DNA from: a candidate division FCPU426 bacterium
Lineage (GTDB): Bacteria > Oederibacteriota > JAJYGY01 > DAIDJD01
Direction of reading: 5' to 3'
DNA: 64,000 bases
Assembly: GCA_027451505.1 (NCBI GenBank)
Contig: DAIDJD010000092.1
Coordinates: forward strand, 17,588 to 81,587
Shown here: piece by piece, positions 36,797 through 50,773 of the stretch
How positions within the stretch are numbered: position 1 is the stretch's first letter
Layout of the letters: every line of letters begins with the position of its first letter
The notes under the pieces: model-generated
Seen by the model: the letters and a program-made list of their open reading frames with translations, nothing else
Told to the model about the DNA's origin: nothing
Database searches by the model: none
Position numbers and translations under genes: made by a program

Positions 36797-38127
36797 GCCC
36801 GGGACCCAACCGCCTGGAGCGCAGGCTGGCCGGGCTCACCCGGCCGGCCGTGGTGCCGGGGCTGGAGCGGGTGCGCGCCCTGCTCCGGCGCCTGGGGGAC
36901 CCCCAACGCGGGCTGCGGGTGCTGCACGTGGCCGGCACCAACGGAAAGGGCAGCGTCTGCCGCATGCTCGAAGGGGCGCTGTTGGCCTCGGGACGGCGGG
37001 CCGGGCTGTTCACCTCGCCCCACTTGGTGCGCTTCAACGAGCGCTTCCGCTTCCTGGGGCGCTCCGCCGGCGACCGCGCGCTGGAGGCCTCCGCGGCCCC
37101 GCTGTGGGCGGCCCTGGAGGCCCAGGCCGCGGCCGTGGAGGGCCCGGCCACCGTGTTCGAGGCCCTCACCGCGTTGGCCTTCCTCCACTTCCGCAGGGTG
37201 GCGGCCGAGGTGGTGGTGCTCGAGGCCGGCCTGGGGGGCCGCCTGGACTCCACCAACGTGGTCGAACGGCCGCTGTTGACGCTGATCACCAACATCTCCC
37301 TGGACCACACCCGGGAGCTCGGCCGCACCGAGGCCGCCATCGCCTTCGAGAAGGCCGGAATCCTCAAGCCCGGAAGCCCCTTGGTGACGGCGGCTTCCGG
37401 CAAGGCGCGCGCCGTGATCCTGCGGCGGTTCCGCCGGGTCCAGGGGGCGGGATCCCGCACGTCGGTGGTGGCGCTGCGGCCGGACCGGGACTGGCGGGTC
37501 CTGGAATGCCGCGAGGAGCCCGAGGAGGGCCGCCAGCGGGTCGTGATGGCGGTGGGGCCCCGGGTCCACACCGTCGATCTGCCGTTGTTGGGGGCCCACC
37601 AGCACCAGAACCTGGCCTGCGTCCTGGCCGCGTGCGGCCTTCTGGAACGGCGTCTGGAGCTCGATCCGGCCTCGGTCGCGCGGGGACTGGCCCGCGCCCA
37701 TTGGCCGGGACGGCTGCAGGTGTTGTCCCGAAGGCCCCTGACCCTTCTGGATGGGGCCCACAACCCCGGCGGCGCCAAGGCCTTGGCGGACTTCGCGCGG
37801 ATCCTTCTGGCCCGAAGGCGTCCGCGGCGCGTGGCCTGGGTGGTGGGCGTGCTGGCGGACAAGGATTGGAAGAGGATGTTCCGCTGCTGGATGGGTTTGG
37901 CCGGGCGTTGGTTCGTGGCCGAGCCCCCGGATCCCCGGGCCCTGCCCGTGGGGGAGGCGGTCCGTTGGTTGAAACGCCAGGGGGCCTCGGTCCAAGGCGA
38001 GGGAAGCCTGCCCAGGGCCCTGGAGCGGGCCCGGATCTGGGCCGGACCGGACGGGGTGGTGGTGGCCGCCGGCTCGCTGTATGGCGCCGGGGTCCTGCTC
38101 CGAGCCGAGGGCGTGATCGCGTTTTAG
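36793..38127 (+). CDS. folC: bifunctional folylpolyglutamate synthase / dihydrofolate synthase
   Basis: P-loop HVAGTNGKGS, Mur-ligase family layout; GTGA overlap with the upstream gene. Confidence 0.8.
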   Translation: MSPGPNRLERRLAGLTRPAVVPGLERVRALLRRLGDPQRGLRVLHVAGTNGKGSVCRMLEGALLASGRRAGLFTSPHLVRFNERFRFLGRSAGDRALEASAAPLWAALEAQAAAVEGPATVFEALTALAFLHFRRVAAEVVVLEAGLGGRLDSTNVVERPLLTLITNISLDHTRELGRTEAAIAFEKAGILKPGSPLVTAASGKARAVILRRFRRVQGAGSRTSVVALRPDRDWRVLECREEPEEGRQRVVMAVGPRVHTVDLPLLGAHQHQNLACVLAACGLLERRLELDPASVARGLARAHWPGRLQVLSRRPLTLLDGAHNPGGAKALADFARILLARRRPRRVAWVVGVLADKDWKRMFRCWMGLAGRWFVAEPPDPRALPVGEAVRWLKRQGASVQGEGSLPRALERARIWAGPDGVVVAAGSLYGAGVLLRAEGVIAF

Positions 38128-38148
38128 GGGCGTTTTTCCTCAACATTC

Positions 38149-38178
38149 TTGACGGAAAGAAGTTTCATAAAGTAAAAT
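38149..38178 (+). promoter_or_regulatory. candidate sigma-70 promoter TTGACG-N18-TAAAAT in an AT-rich island
   Basis: hexamers read at 38149-38154 and 38173-38178. Confidence 0.35.
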
Positions 38179-38282
38179 TTTTCGTCCTACTGGCCTTTTC
38201 CCGGCGCCGTGCCGACAAGGCGGGTTTCGTTGTCCCGCGATAAGGAAAGGCTTGGTTGGAAGGGTGTTTTTCGGAGCGTACC

Positions 38283-39383
<1,101 letters not shown>

Positions 39384-39448
39384 GGGCCTCCCCCCGCCGC
39401 GGGGAGGGCGCCCCCAGACCCGTCCGACGGGACGCCCTCCCTCCCCGC

Positions 39449-41881
39449 ATGGCCCTTTCCCTGCCTCGCATCCCCTTTCCCGCGTTCGTGCGGGGCCTTC
39501 TGGCCGCCGCGTTCCTGGCGTTGGCCTCGGGCGCCGCCGGCGCCCCCGCGCCCCTCCCTTCGGCCGCGCCGGCTCCCGTCTCCCCCACCGCCCTTGTCCC
39601 GGTCGGCACCGGTGCCCCCACCCCCTTGAGCCCTTCCGCCGGCGGCCTCACCGGCACGGCCGGCGCCCGGGGCGTCTCCGGAACCGCGAAGCCCAAGGGC
39701 GCGCGCCGCGGCCCGCGCGGCCCGGGCTTCGCCCGGTCCTTCGACCAGACCAAACCCATCTCCATCCAGGGCCACCGCGTCCGGTTCGACCAGCAGGATG
39801 AGACGCTGCTGGCCGAAGGCGACGTGGTGCTCGTCAGCGGCGACACCCAGGTCCACGCCCAGCGCCTTTGGTACGACGTGAAGCAGGGCCTGTTGAGGGC
39901 CGAGGGCAACGTGGTGGTGGCCGACTCCTCGGGCGACACGCTGTGGGCCAAGCGCTTGGCCATGAACCAGGTCAGCCGCACGGGCCAGGCGCGCGGCATC
40001 CTCTACACCCAGTCCCCATGGGTGGCGACCTGCGGCGGCGCGGACATGCTTCCCGGGAACGTGGTCGTGCTCCACGGGTGCGAATGCACGAGTTGCCGCC
40101 AGGAGGTCCCGATGTGGCGCATCTGGGCCAAGAAGATGCGCTTCAAGGCCGGGGATTCGATCACGGCCTGGGGGGTGTGGCTCTACACCGGCCGGGTTCC
40201 GGTTTTCTACATCCCCTATTTTTCCCGCAGCATCAAGGACCCCCGGCCGCCCATCGAGATCAAACCCGGATATTCCTCCGTCCTGGGCAACTACGAGGAC
40301 CTGGGCTACAACTACTACCTGGGCAACGGGCAATACGGGACCGTGCGCTACGACCAGATGTCCAACTACGGCAGCGGGTTCGGGTGGGGCCAGCACTACA
40401 AGGTCCCGGGCGGATCCGGCACCGTGGCGGGGTACTTCAACAACCAGAAGAACGACCCGTCCGTGGACAACTACAGCGCGAATTGGACCCACAAGCAGGA
40501 CCTGGGCCACGGCCTCACCCTGCAGGGCAATCTCCAGCTCCTGAGCAACCCGGACTTCAACGAGATCTTCGACATGAGCCAGGTCGACAGCTTCTCGCAG
40601 ACCAGCTACGTGGAGCTGTCCTCCCACCAGAAGACCTATTCCTGGGACCTGCAGGCCGGGTACACGAACTCCATCCAGTCCCTCCCGGTGGTGGGCAGCG
40701 CCCAGATGGTGACCCAGTCCGTGGTGACCCAGGAGACCCTCCCCAGTTTCACCTACTCCCACGACTCCACCGCGTTTTTCCCGGACAGCCTATGGGCGCC
40801 CGCGCGGCTCCTGTACTGGGGCGTCCAGGCGAGCGCCCAGCGCCAATTGGTCGTCCCCCAGGTGCTCGACAACCTTTCGGGGACCGCCACGGAGGCCTTC
40901 GACCCGAACTTGGACTACTACATGGATGGGGTCACGATCTCGCCCACCATCAGCGACACCTTCCCCATCCGCCACGACCTTTCCCTGAACACCGTCGAGA
41001 CGCTGAACATGGGTTGGGTCGAGAACGAGGCGGTGCGCTCCCAGGGGGCCGCCCCGCAGGGGACCCTGAGCCTGGTCATCCCCCCGGCCGAACCCGGCGT
41101 GGGGTCCGCGCTGGCGGGCTTCGGCACGGCGGAGGACCTGCAATGGCGGGCCCGGCGGGGTCTGACGACGGACCTCACCTACCAATACCAGCGCCAGCTC
41201 GACCCCCAGGTGGGCATCCTCTGGTCCGGGGAGGCGGTCAACCTGCTGGCGCTCAAGCTCCAGGAGGAGCCGGTCCGGCACTTGAGCCTGCTGGCCACCG
41301 GGAGCTACGACCTGAGGCCCTACAGCGTGCCCCGGCAGCTCGAACGCCTCTCCCTCATCAACCTCCAGTCCTCCTGGACCCCGCCCGACGGGCGTTCGGG
41401 CTCCCTGAGCGGGTCCTACAGCGTGCCCAACGCCGCCTTCAAGACGGTGGACGCCTCCTACAACGCCTCCGACCCGGGACGGCGCTGGCAGACCAACCTG
41501 AGCGCGGACTGGGTCAACAACGCCATCATCCAGATCCAGCCGCCGCAGGACTTCACCGCCCCGCCCGAACTGGGGCCCTACATCCCCCGCGTGATGCCCG
41601 ACCAGCTTTTCGTCGGGATCCGCAACTCCCTGGCCTTGGGCCCGAAGTGGAAGGTCAGCTACTACGACCAGTTCGATCTGGTGAACCGGCGCCTGAACCA
41701 GCAGGCCTACACCGTGGACCGGGATTTCGATTGCATCGACCTCCAGATCTACGCCCGTCAGGACCTCTTCATGGGGTGGCAATACGGCTTTTCGGTGAGC
41801 CTTTCCGCGGCCCCCAGCGTGAAGTTCGACACGAACCAGCTCAACTCGGACCTGTTCAACCCGGCCCAATACGGGTACTGA
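39449..41881 (+). CDS. lptD: LptD/OstA-like outer-membrane LPS-assembly protein
   Basis: signal peptide, OstA-like N-terminal domain, VPVFYIPYF motif characteristic of the LptD barrel, 810 aa. Confidence 0.6.
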   Translation: MALSLPRIPFPAFVRGLLAAAFLALASGAAGAPAPLPSAAPAPVSPTALVPVGTGAPTPLSPSAGGLTGTAGARGVSGTAKPKGARRGPRGPGFARSFDQTKPISIQGHRVRFDQQDETLLAEGDVVLVSGDTQVHAQRLWYDVKQGLLRAEGNVVVADSSGDTLWAKRLAMNQVSRTGQARGILYTQSPWVATCGGADMLPGNVVVLHGCECTSCRQEVPMWRIWAKKMRFKAGDSITAWGVWLYTGRVPVFYIPYFSRSIKDPRPPIEIKPGYSSVLGNYEDLGYNYYLGNGQYGTVRYDQMSNYGSGFGWGQHYKVPGGSGTVAGYFNNQKNDPSVDNYSANWTHKQDLGHGLTLQGNLQLLSNPDFNEIFDMSQVDSFSQTSYVELSSHQKTYSWDLQAGYTNSIQSLPVVGSAQMVTQSVVTQETLPSFTYSHDSTAFFPDSLWAPARLLYWGVQASAQRQLVVPQVLDNLSGTATEAFDPNLDYYMDGVTISPTISDTFPIRHDLSLNTVETLNMGWVENEAVRSQGAAPQGTLSLVIPPAEPGVGSALAGFGTAEDLQWRARRGLTTDLTYQYQRQLDPQVGILWSGEAVNLLALKLQEEPVRHLSLLATGSYDLRPYSVPRQLERLSLINLQSSWTPPDGRSGSLSGSYSVPNAAFKTVDASYNASDPGRRWQTNLSADWVNNAIIQIQPPQDFTAPPELGPYIPRVMPDQLFVGIRNSLALGPKWKVSYYDQFDLVNRRLNQQAYTVDRDFDCIDLQIYARQDLFMGWQYGFSVSLSAAPSVKFDTNQLNSDLFNPAQYGY

Positions 41882-42000
41882 GGTTTGGGCCGGCCCCGTC
41901 CGACGGGTCGTCGGCCGCCTTGAGGGGGGCGGGGCGCTCCGCTATAATCCAACTCCGGCGCGACGCACCCGCGGGTGCCGGGATTTTCAAGGGGGCGGAC

Positions 42001-43302
42001 TTGGAGCTTTGCGTCATTGGGGTGGGGTACGTCGGCCTGGTCACGGGAACATGCTTCGCCGACCTGGGCAACCGGGTGGTGTGCGTCGACACCGACAAGC
42101 CCAAGATCGAGGGGCTGAAGAAGGGGCGCATCCCCATCTATGAGCCCGGACTGGAGGAACTGGTCCGCCGAAACCACAAGGACAAGCGCCTGGTGTTCAC
42201 CACGGAATTGAAGGAGGGCCTCAAGGGGGCCCAGATCGCCTTCATCGCGGTGGGAACGCCCAGCGCGGCGGGGGGCGAGGCCAACCTGGAGTACGTCAAG
42301 GCCGCGGCCCGGGGCATAGGGCGCCACTGTTCCGGCGACCTCATCGTGGTGGACAAGAGCACGGTGCCGGTGGGCATGGGCGACATGGTGGCCGGCATCA
42401 TCTCCGACGAGCTCGAGTCGCGCGGGGCCAAACATGCCGTCTCGGTGGTCTCCTGCCCCGAGTTCCTGCGCGAGGGTTCCGCGATCCACGACTTCATGAA
42501 CCCGGACCGGGTGGTCATCGGCTGCCGCGACCGCCGTCCCGCCGACAAGGTCGCGGAGCTGTTCAAGGGCCTGCCGGGGAAGACCATGATCACGGATCTG
42601 CGCTCGGCGGAGATGATCAAATACGCCAGCAACGCCTTCCTGGCCACCAAGATCAGCTTCATCAACGAGATCGCCAATTTGTGCGAGCGGGTCGACGCCG
42701 ACGTCGCCCAGGTGGCCGAAGGCATGGGGCTGGACGGCCGCATCGGCTCGGCTTTCCTCAACGCCGGCGCGGGCTATGGCGGGAGCTGCTTCCCCAAGGA
42801 CGTCAGCGCCCTGGTGCACATCGCGGAGAAGGAAGGCTACGAGTTCCGCATCCTTAAGAGCGTGATGGCCGTCAACGAGGCGCAGAAGCGCGGCGTCCTC
42901 GCCCGCATCAAGCGCCTCATGGGCACCTTCGAGGGCAAGACGGTGGGCGTGCTGGGCCTGGCCTTCAAGGCCAACACCGACGACATGCGCGAGGCGGTGA
43001 GCCTGGACGTGGTGGCGGGCCTGCTCGAGAAGGGCGCGCGGGTGCGCGCCTTCGACCCGGCCGCCACGGAGCACGCGCGCCGCATGCTGCCCCAGGCCCA
43101 ATACTGCGAGGACGCCATCGGCGCGGCCCGCGGCGCCCATTGCTTGGTGGTGCTCACGGAGTGGAACGAGTTCAAGGAACTCAACCTAGCGGCCGTGAAG
43201 AAGGTCATGAAGACCCCGCTGCTGGTCGACGGCCGCAACCTCTACGATCCGGCCAAGGTCAAGAAGCTGGGATTCTCCTACCAGGGCGTGGGCCGTTCCT
43301 AG
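42001..43302 (+). CDS. ugd: UDP-glucose 6-dehydrogenase family (nucleotide-sugar dehydrogenase)
   Basis: Rossmann start LCVIGVGYVGLVTG, catalytic GGSCFPKD; probable TTG start. Confidence 0.85.
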   Translation: MELCVIGVGYVGLVTGTCFADLGNRVVCVDTDKPKIEGLKKGRIPIYEPGLEELVRRNHKDKRLVFTTELKEGLKGAQIAFIAVGTPSAAGGEANLEYVKAAARGIGRHCSGDLIVVDKSTVPVGMGDMVAGIISDELESRGAKHAVSVVSCPEFLREGSAIHDFMNPDRVVIGCRDRRPADKVAELFKGLPGKTMITDLRSAEMIKYASNAFLATKISFINEIANLCERVDADVAQVAEGMGLDGRIGSAFLNAGAGYGGSCFPKDVSALVHIAEKEGYEFRILKSVMAVNEAQKRGVLARIKRLMGTFEGKTVGVLGLAFKANTDDMREAVSLDVVAGLLEKGARVRAFDPAATEHARRMLPQAQYCEDAIGAARGAHCLVVLTEWNEFKELNLAAVKKVMKTPLLVDGRNLYDPAKVKKLGFSYQGVGRS

Positions 43303-43334
43303 GCCTCCCGCCCGCCCTTGAGGCGAGGCCTCCC

Positions 43335-44444
43335 GTGATTAAAGTCCCCCTGATCGACCTGCCCGGCCAGGTCCGGCCCTTCAAGGCCCGCATCCTGAAG
43401 GACTGGGCCCTCATCCTGGAGCGGGGAGCCTACATCAACGGCCCCCACGGCAAGGCCTTCGAGGCCGAGCTGGCGGCCTATCTGGGGGCCCGTTTCGTGG
43501 TCGGCTGCAACAGCGGCACCGACGCCCTGGTGCTGTCCCTGCGCGCCCTGGGGGTCGGGCCGGGGCATTCCGTCCTGGTTCCGGCGTTCAGCTTCTTCGC
43601 GACGGCGGAGGCCGTGAGCCTGGTGGGCGCCCGTCCCGTGTTCTGCGACATCCTGCCGGACAGCTTCCTGCTGGACCCGGAGGACGCCCTGCGGCGGCTC
43701 ACCCCCGACTGCCGCGCGGCCATCCCGGTGCACCTGTTCGGCCGCGTTTTCGACGTGGCGGGATTCCGCGCCCGCCTGAAGGCGGCGGGGCGGCCGGACC
43801 TGCGGATCCTGGAGGACGGCTGCCAGAGCCTGGGTGCGGAACTCAAGGGCCGCAAGGCCGGCGCCTTGGGCGACGCCGCCGCCATCAGCTTCTATCCCAC
43901 CAAGAACCTGGCCGCGGCCGGGGACGCGGGCGCCCTGGCCACCGACGACGCGGATTTGGCAGCGCTGGCCCGGCGGCTGCGCGAGCACGGCATGCCCCGG
44001 CGCTACGAACATACCGAGATCGGGTACAACAGCCGCCTCGACGAGCTGCAGGCCGCCGTGCTCCGGCGCAAGCTTCCCAAGCTCGACGTCTGGACGCGCC
44101 GCCGGCGGGAACTGGCGACGGCCTACGCCCGGGTCCTCAAGGGCCTGCCGCTGGGGCTGCCCGCGCAGGCCGCGGGGGACTGCTGGCACCAGTACACCGT
44201 GCGCGTGCCGGGCGGCCGCCGCGACGCCCTCCGGGACCACTTGGCGGCCGCCGGGATCGGCACCTCGGTGTTCTACCCCGTGTGCATGCACCAGCAGGCC
44301 CCTTACGCCGCCGGGGCGCCCGCGCTGCCGGTGGCCGAGGCGGCGGCGCGTGAGGTGCTTTCGCTGCCGATGTTCCCGGGCCTCACGGCCGCGCAGATGC
44401 GTGCCGTCGGCGCCGCGGTGCGGGGCTTCTACGCCGGGCGCTAG
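43335..44444 (+). CDS. DegT/DnrJ/EryC1/StrS (ArnB-like) PLP-dependent sugar aminotransferase
   Basis: fold-type I aminotransferase; SFYPTKNL (PLP lysine region). Confidence 0.85.
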   Translation: MIKVPLIDLPGQVRPFKARILKDWALILERGAYINGPHGKAFEAELAAYLGARFVVGCNSGTDALVLSLRALGVGPGHSVLVPAFSFFATAEAVSLVGARPVFCDILPDSFLLDPEDALRRLTPDCRAAIPVHLFGRVFDVAGFRARLKAAGRPDLRILEDGCQSLGAELKGRKAGALGDAAAISFYPTKNLAAAGDAGALATDDADLAALARRLREHGMPRRYEHTEIGYNSRLDELQAAVLRRKLPKLDVWTRRRRELATAYARVLKGLPLGLPAQAAGDCWHQYTVRVPGGRRDALRDHLAAAGIGTSVFYPVCMHQQAPYAAGAPALPVAEAAAREVLSLPMFPGLTAAQMRAVGAAVRGFYAGR

Positions 44445-44502
44445 GCCGCGCGCGAACGGCGGAAGCCCCTCCGCCGAGGCTTCCCGCGCCCTCGCCTGGG
44501 CC

Positions 44503-46982
<2,480 letters not shown>

Positions 46983-47006
46983 AGCGTCCCGCAAAGGAGC
47001 CATGAG

Positions 47007-47783
47007 ATGAAGACCCCGTCCTTGTCCCAAACGCTGGCGTTGGCCCTCGCGCTGGCCGGCCCCGCGTCCCTGTCCGCCGCGGCCCGCCCCTCCCTCGCGG
47101 CGCAGCGCGCGGCGGTGCTCGCGCGGCTGCCCGCATCGGCGCCCCGGAGGCTTTCCGACCTCTACCGCGTCTTCGAGGGGGCGCTGGGCGAGGGCCTGGG
47201 CGTCCCGGTCCGCGCGTCCGTGGTCCGGCTTTGGGGCATCAGTTGGCAGCTTGTCCGCGACGCGCGCTTCCCCAAGGCGGAAGTGCACCTGAAGACCTTC
47301 CGGGCGCAGGGGTTGCGCTTCGACAAGGCCGATTTCATCTTCCGGGATTTGGTCGTGGATCGCAGGGCCCTGTGGAAGGGTCGCCTCGAACTCAAGGACG
47401 TGCGCGAATCCCAGACCCAACTGGTGTTCACCCTCAGGTCCCTGGACCAAAAGCTCGCGTCCTCGGACGGCACCGAACCCGGGATCCGCGCGGACCTCGA
47501 GGCTCAGCGCCTCGTGCTCACCGGCAAGGGCACGTTCCTGGGGCTGGCCTGCTCCACGGTGGAGACCTGCCGGCTCGTCTGGAACCCGGCGGCCCGCACG
47601 TTGAGCCTGGTCCCGGTGGAACGGATCTTCGGGGGGCGCAAGGTGCCCCACTGGCTCTGGGGCCTCGCCAAAGGAATGGTTCCGTCCGCTCCGGTGCTGG
47701 ATTTCGGCGCATCCTGGATCCCCTTCAACATCCGCCAAGTCCACGTCGGTTGGGACGAGGTGGACCTTTCGACCGACTGGTGA
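47007..47783 (+). CDS. hypothetical secreted protein
   Basis: signal peptide MKTPSLSQTLALALALAGPASLSAA; no recognised domain. Confidence 0.4.
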   Translation: MKTPSLSQTLALALALAGPASLSAAARPSLAAQRAAVLARLPASAPRRLSDLYRVFEGALGEGLGVPVRASVVRLWGISWQLVRDARFPKAEVHLKTFRAQGLRFDKADFIFRDLVVDRRALWKGRLELKDVRESQTQLVFTLRSLDQKLASSDGTEPGIRADLEAQRLVLTGKGTFLGLACSTVETCRLVWNPAARTLSLVPVERIFGGRKVPHWLWGLAKGMVPSAPVLDFGASWIPFNIRQVHVGWDEVDLSTDW

Positions 47784-47784
47784 G

Positions 47785-48816
47785 GTGCGCGTGATCCGGG
47801 ATGCCGTCATCCTCGCGGGGGGCTTCGGGACCCGCCTGCGACCCTTGACCTCGGGGACCCCTAAACCGCTCCTGCCCGTGGCGGGGCGGCCCTTCGTGGA
47901 GACCCTCCTGGCCCGCCTGGCCCAAGCGGGGGTGAAACGGGTGGTGCTGTCGGTGCACCACCAGCCCGAAGCCTGGCGGCGGGCCCTTCCGCGGCTGAGG
48001 CGGTTTTCCATGCGCCTGGAGCTGCGCCGGGAACCCGAGCCCCTGGGGACCGGAGGCGCGATCCGCTTCGCCTGGCCCGACCCCGATCGGCCCTGCCTGG
48101 CGCTCAACGGGGACGCGCTCAGCGATTTTGACGTCCGCTCGCTGTTGAGCCGGCACGCCGCCTTGGGCGCCGCCGCCACGTTGTGGGCGGTGTCGGTCCC
48201 GGACACGAGCGCCTTCGGCGTGCTTGAGGCGGGCCGGGACGGGCTGATCCGGCGTTTCTTGGAGAAGCCGCGGCCCGGACAGACCCGCAGCCGTCTCATC
48301 AACGCCGGCCTCTACGCCCTGGAGCCGGAGGTGCTCAGGCGCATCCCGGCCGGGCGCCCCGTCAGCGTGGAACGCGAGGTGTTCCCGGGCCTGCTTGAGG
48401 CGGGGCTGAAGGTCGGCCTATGCTCGCAGGGCAGCCCTTACTGGAACGACATAGGCACCCCGGCGGCCTACCTCAGGGCGAACCAGGATGTCCTGGCGGG
48501 CGCCCTTTGGCGCGGCAAGGGGCTGGCGCCGGCGCTGTGGGGACGCCCCGACCGCGGGCGCAACATCCTGGGCCGGGGGGTCCGGATGGGGCGGGGCGCC
48601 GAAGTGTCCTCCAGCGTGTTGGGGGCGGGGTGCCGGGTGGATGAGGGGGCCGGCGTCGTCGGTAGCGTGCTCATGGATGGGGTTCACGTGGGCTCCGGCG
48701 CCCGGGTGGAAGGGGCCGTGCTCGGAACCGGTTGCGTGGTGGGCGAAGGTTGCGTGCTGCGGCCGGGCGCGGTTCTGGGCGCGGGCACGCGCTTGGCCCC
48801 GGGAAGCCGCACGTGA
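47785..48816 (+). CDS. sugar-1-phosphate nucleotidylyltransferase with C-terminal left-handed beta-helix (mannose-1-phosphate guanylyltransferase-like)
   Basis: AILAGGFGTRLRPLT nucleotide-binding motif; hexapeptide repeats at the C-terminus. Confidence 0.7.
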   Translation: MRVIRDAVILAGGFGTRLRPLTSGTPKPLLPVAGRPFVETLLARLAQAGVKRVVLSVHHQPEAWRRALPRLRRFSMRLELRREPEPLGTGGAIRFAWPDPDRPCLALNGDALSDFDVRSLLSRHAALGAAATLWAVSVPDTSAFGVLEAGRDGLIRRFLEKPRPGQTRSRLINAGLYALEPEVLRRIPAGRPVSVEREVFPGLLEAGLKVGLCSQGSPYWNDIGTPAAYLRANQDVLAGALWRGKGLAPALWGRPDRGRNILGRGVRMGRGAEVSSSVLGAGCRVDEGAGVVGSVLMDGVHVGSGARVEGAVLGTGCVVGEGCVLRPGAVLGAGTRLAPGSRT

Positions 48817-49982
48817 GGCGGTGCCCCTGGGTCCGGGCGCTGATCTTGGCCCTGGCGGCGGCTTCGGTCCCTGCGGTTCGGGCCTCGGCGTCCGTCTCCG
48901 CGGCGCCGCCGCCGCCCCATGCCGCCGTCGGCCGCGGTCCGGATCACCTTCTCGCGGCCATCTGTTACCACCGTTTCGGCCCCGAGACGGCCAAGGATCC
49001 CTACCGCATTTCGCTCAAACGCCTCGCCGGGGAGCTGCGGTGGCTGCGCGCCCACGGGTGGCAGGGGGTGACCCTCGCCCAGGTCGGGCGCGCCCTCGAC
49101 GGTGACGCCGGCGCGCTTCCGCCCAAGGCGGTGCTGCTGACGGTGGACGACGGGTACCGGGCCGGGGCGGCCGCGGCTCCCGTGTTCCGGCGCTACGGCT
49201 ACCGCGCCGTCTTTTTCGTCGTGCCCTCGGTGCTGGGGCGCGGCGCCTTCCTCTCCTACGCCGACCTCCGCCGCCTCGAACGCGAAGGCTTCCAGGTGGC
49301 CAGCCACACCCTGACCCACCCGGACCTGGCCAAGGTGCCCCGGGGCCTGGACCCGACGGGCTACGCCCGCTGGGTGCGCCGGGAACTTGGGGAGCCCAAA
49401 CGCATGCTCGAGGAGGCCCTGGGCCACCCCGTGACCGCGCTGGCGTGGCCCTACGGCGCCTACAACCCGGCCATCGCGGCGGAGGCGCTCCGCCTGGGTT
49501 ACCGCCAGCTTTGGTCGGTGAGCGGGGGCCTCAACGACGACGCGACCCTGGACCGCTCGAGGTTGCGCCGCATCATCCTCATCGGCCATCCCAGCCTGGG
49601 CTCGTTCGCCCGGCGCCTGGAGTTGCTTCCCTTGAAGCCGTTCCCGGGCGGCATCCACGAGGGCGCCCTCTACTACCGCTCCAGCCTGCCCCTGCGCGTG
49701 GATCTGCCCCCCGGGGCCCGCGCCGTGCTGGGGGGCCGTCCCGTGACCCTGGACCGGCGCCACGGCTTCTGGATCGGCGCGGGGCTGAAGAACGGGTTCC
49801 ACTACCTCAATGTGGCGGAGGCGGATCACGGGATCGAACGCATGACGCCCTTCCTGTTCCAGGTGGCCCCCGACGCCTGGAGGCCCTGTTTTGAGGCCCT
49901 GGAGGCGCCGCAAGAGCCGCCGCGGGCCCTGCTTCCGGATGGCGGCGGGGCTTCCGGGGCCGCGCCCGAGAGGAGACCATGA
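48813..49982 (+). CDS. polysaccharide deacetylase (NodB-homology / CE4) family protein, secreted
   Basis: signal peptide; LTVDDGY and HTLTHPDL motifs; GTGA overlap with the upstream gene. Confidence 0.7.
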   Translation: MRRCPWVRALILALAAASVPAVRASASVSAAPPPPHAAVGRGPDHLLAAICYHRFGPETAKDPYRISLKRLAGELRWLRAHGWQGVTLAQVGRALDGDAGALPPKAVLLTVDDGYRAGAAAAPVFRRYGYRAVFFVVPSVLGRGAFLSYADLRRLEREGFQVASHTLTHPDLAKVPRGLDPTGYARWVRRELGEPKRMLEEALGHPVTALAWPYGAYNPAIAAEALRLGYRQLWSVSGGLNDDATLDRSRLRRIILIGHPSLGSFARRLELLPLKPFPGGIHEGALYYRSSLPLRVDLPPGARAVLGGRPVTLDRRHGFWIGAGLKNGFHYLNVAEADHGIERMTPFLFQVAPDAWRPCFEALEAPQEPPRALLPDGGGASGAAPERRP

Positions 49983-50773
49983 TCGAGACCCGGGGGATAG
50001 ACCAGAAGCGCCGCATCATCCTGGCGTTGGACGTCGACAACCGCGAGAAGGCCGAGGAGTGGGTGCATCGGCTCAAGGTGCACGTTGGTTGCTTCAAGGT
50101 GGGCCTGCAGCTGTTCACCAAGGAGGGCCCCGAACTCGTGCGGTCGGTGCGCGCCCGCGGCGGGCGGGTCTTCCTGGACCTCAAGTTCCACGACATCCCC
50201 AACACGGTGGCCCGGGCCTGCGAATCGGCGGCGGCCCTGGGCGTGGACTTCCTCACCGTCCACGCCTTGGGCGGGAAGGCCATGCTGCGGGCCGGGGTCG
50301 AGGCCCTCGCCTCGACGGCCACGCGCATGCGCCTGCAGCGTCCACGCCTTCTCGCGGTCACCGTGCTCACCAGCCACGATGCGCGGTCCCTGCGCGGCGA
50401 GGTGGGGCTGCGGCTGCGGCCCGAGGCCGAGGTGCTGCGCCTGGCCGCGCTCGCCAAGGCGTCGGGCTGCGACGGGGTGGTCTGTTCGCCCATGGAGGTC
50501 GCCGCCATCCGGAAGGCCTGCGGGCCCGGGTTCCTCGTCGTCACCCCCGGGGTGCGGCCCGCCGGGGCGCCCAAGGGGGACCAGAAGCGCACCCTCACTG
50601 CGGGCCAGGCGATCGCCCGGGGTTCCGACTTCCTGGTGGTCGGCCGGCCCATCACCGGGGCCGCCGACCCGGTGGCTGCGGTGGAGGAGATCGCGGCCGA
50701 CATGGCGCGCGCCGCGGCCCCCGCCGCGCGGAGGGTGGGGGCGGTCCGGGGCGCGAAGGGGGTGCGTGCGTGA
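49979..50773 (+). CDS. pyrF: orotidine-5'-phosphate decarboxylase (long type)
   Basis: ILALDVD...CFKVG, DLKFHDIPNT motifs; ATGA overlap. Confidence 0.9.
   Translation: MIETRGIDQKRRIILALDVDNREKAEEWVHRLKVHVGCFKVGLQLFTKEGPELVRSVRARGGRVFLDLKFHDIPNTVARACESAAALGVDFLTVHALGGKAMLRAGVEALASTATRMRLQRPRLLAVTVLTSHDARSLRGEVGLRLRPEAEVLRLAALAKASGCDGVVCSPMEVAAIRKACGPGFLVVTPGVRPAGAPKGDQKRTLTAGQAIARGSDFLVVGRPITGAADPVAAVEEIAADMARAAAPAARRVGAVRGAKGVRA

Noticed and set aside
39384-39447. GC-rich imperfect palindromes after the malK-like gene (GCCTCCCC...GGGGAGGGCG...CGCCCTCCCTCCCC)
   Set aside because: No downstream U-tract. The sequence immediately runs into the lptD RBS and start. It may form structure but cannot be called an intrinsic terminator.
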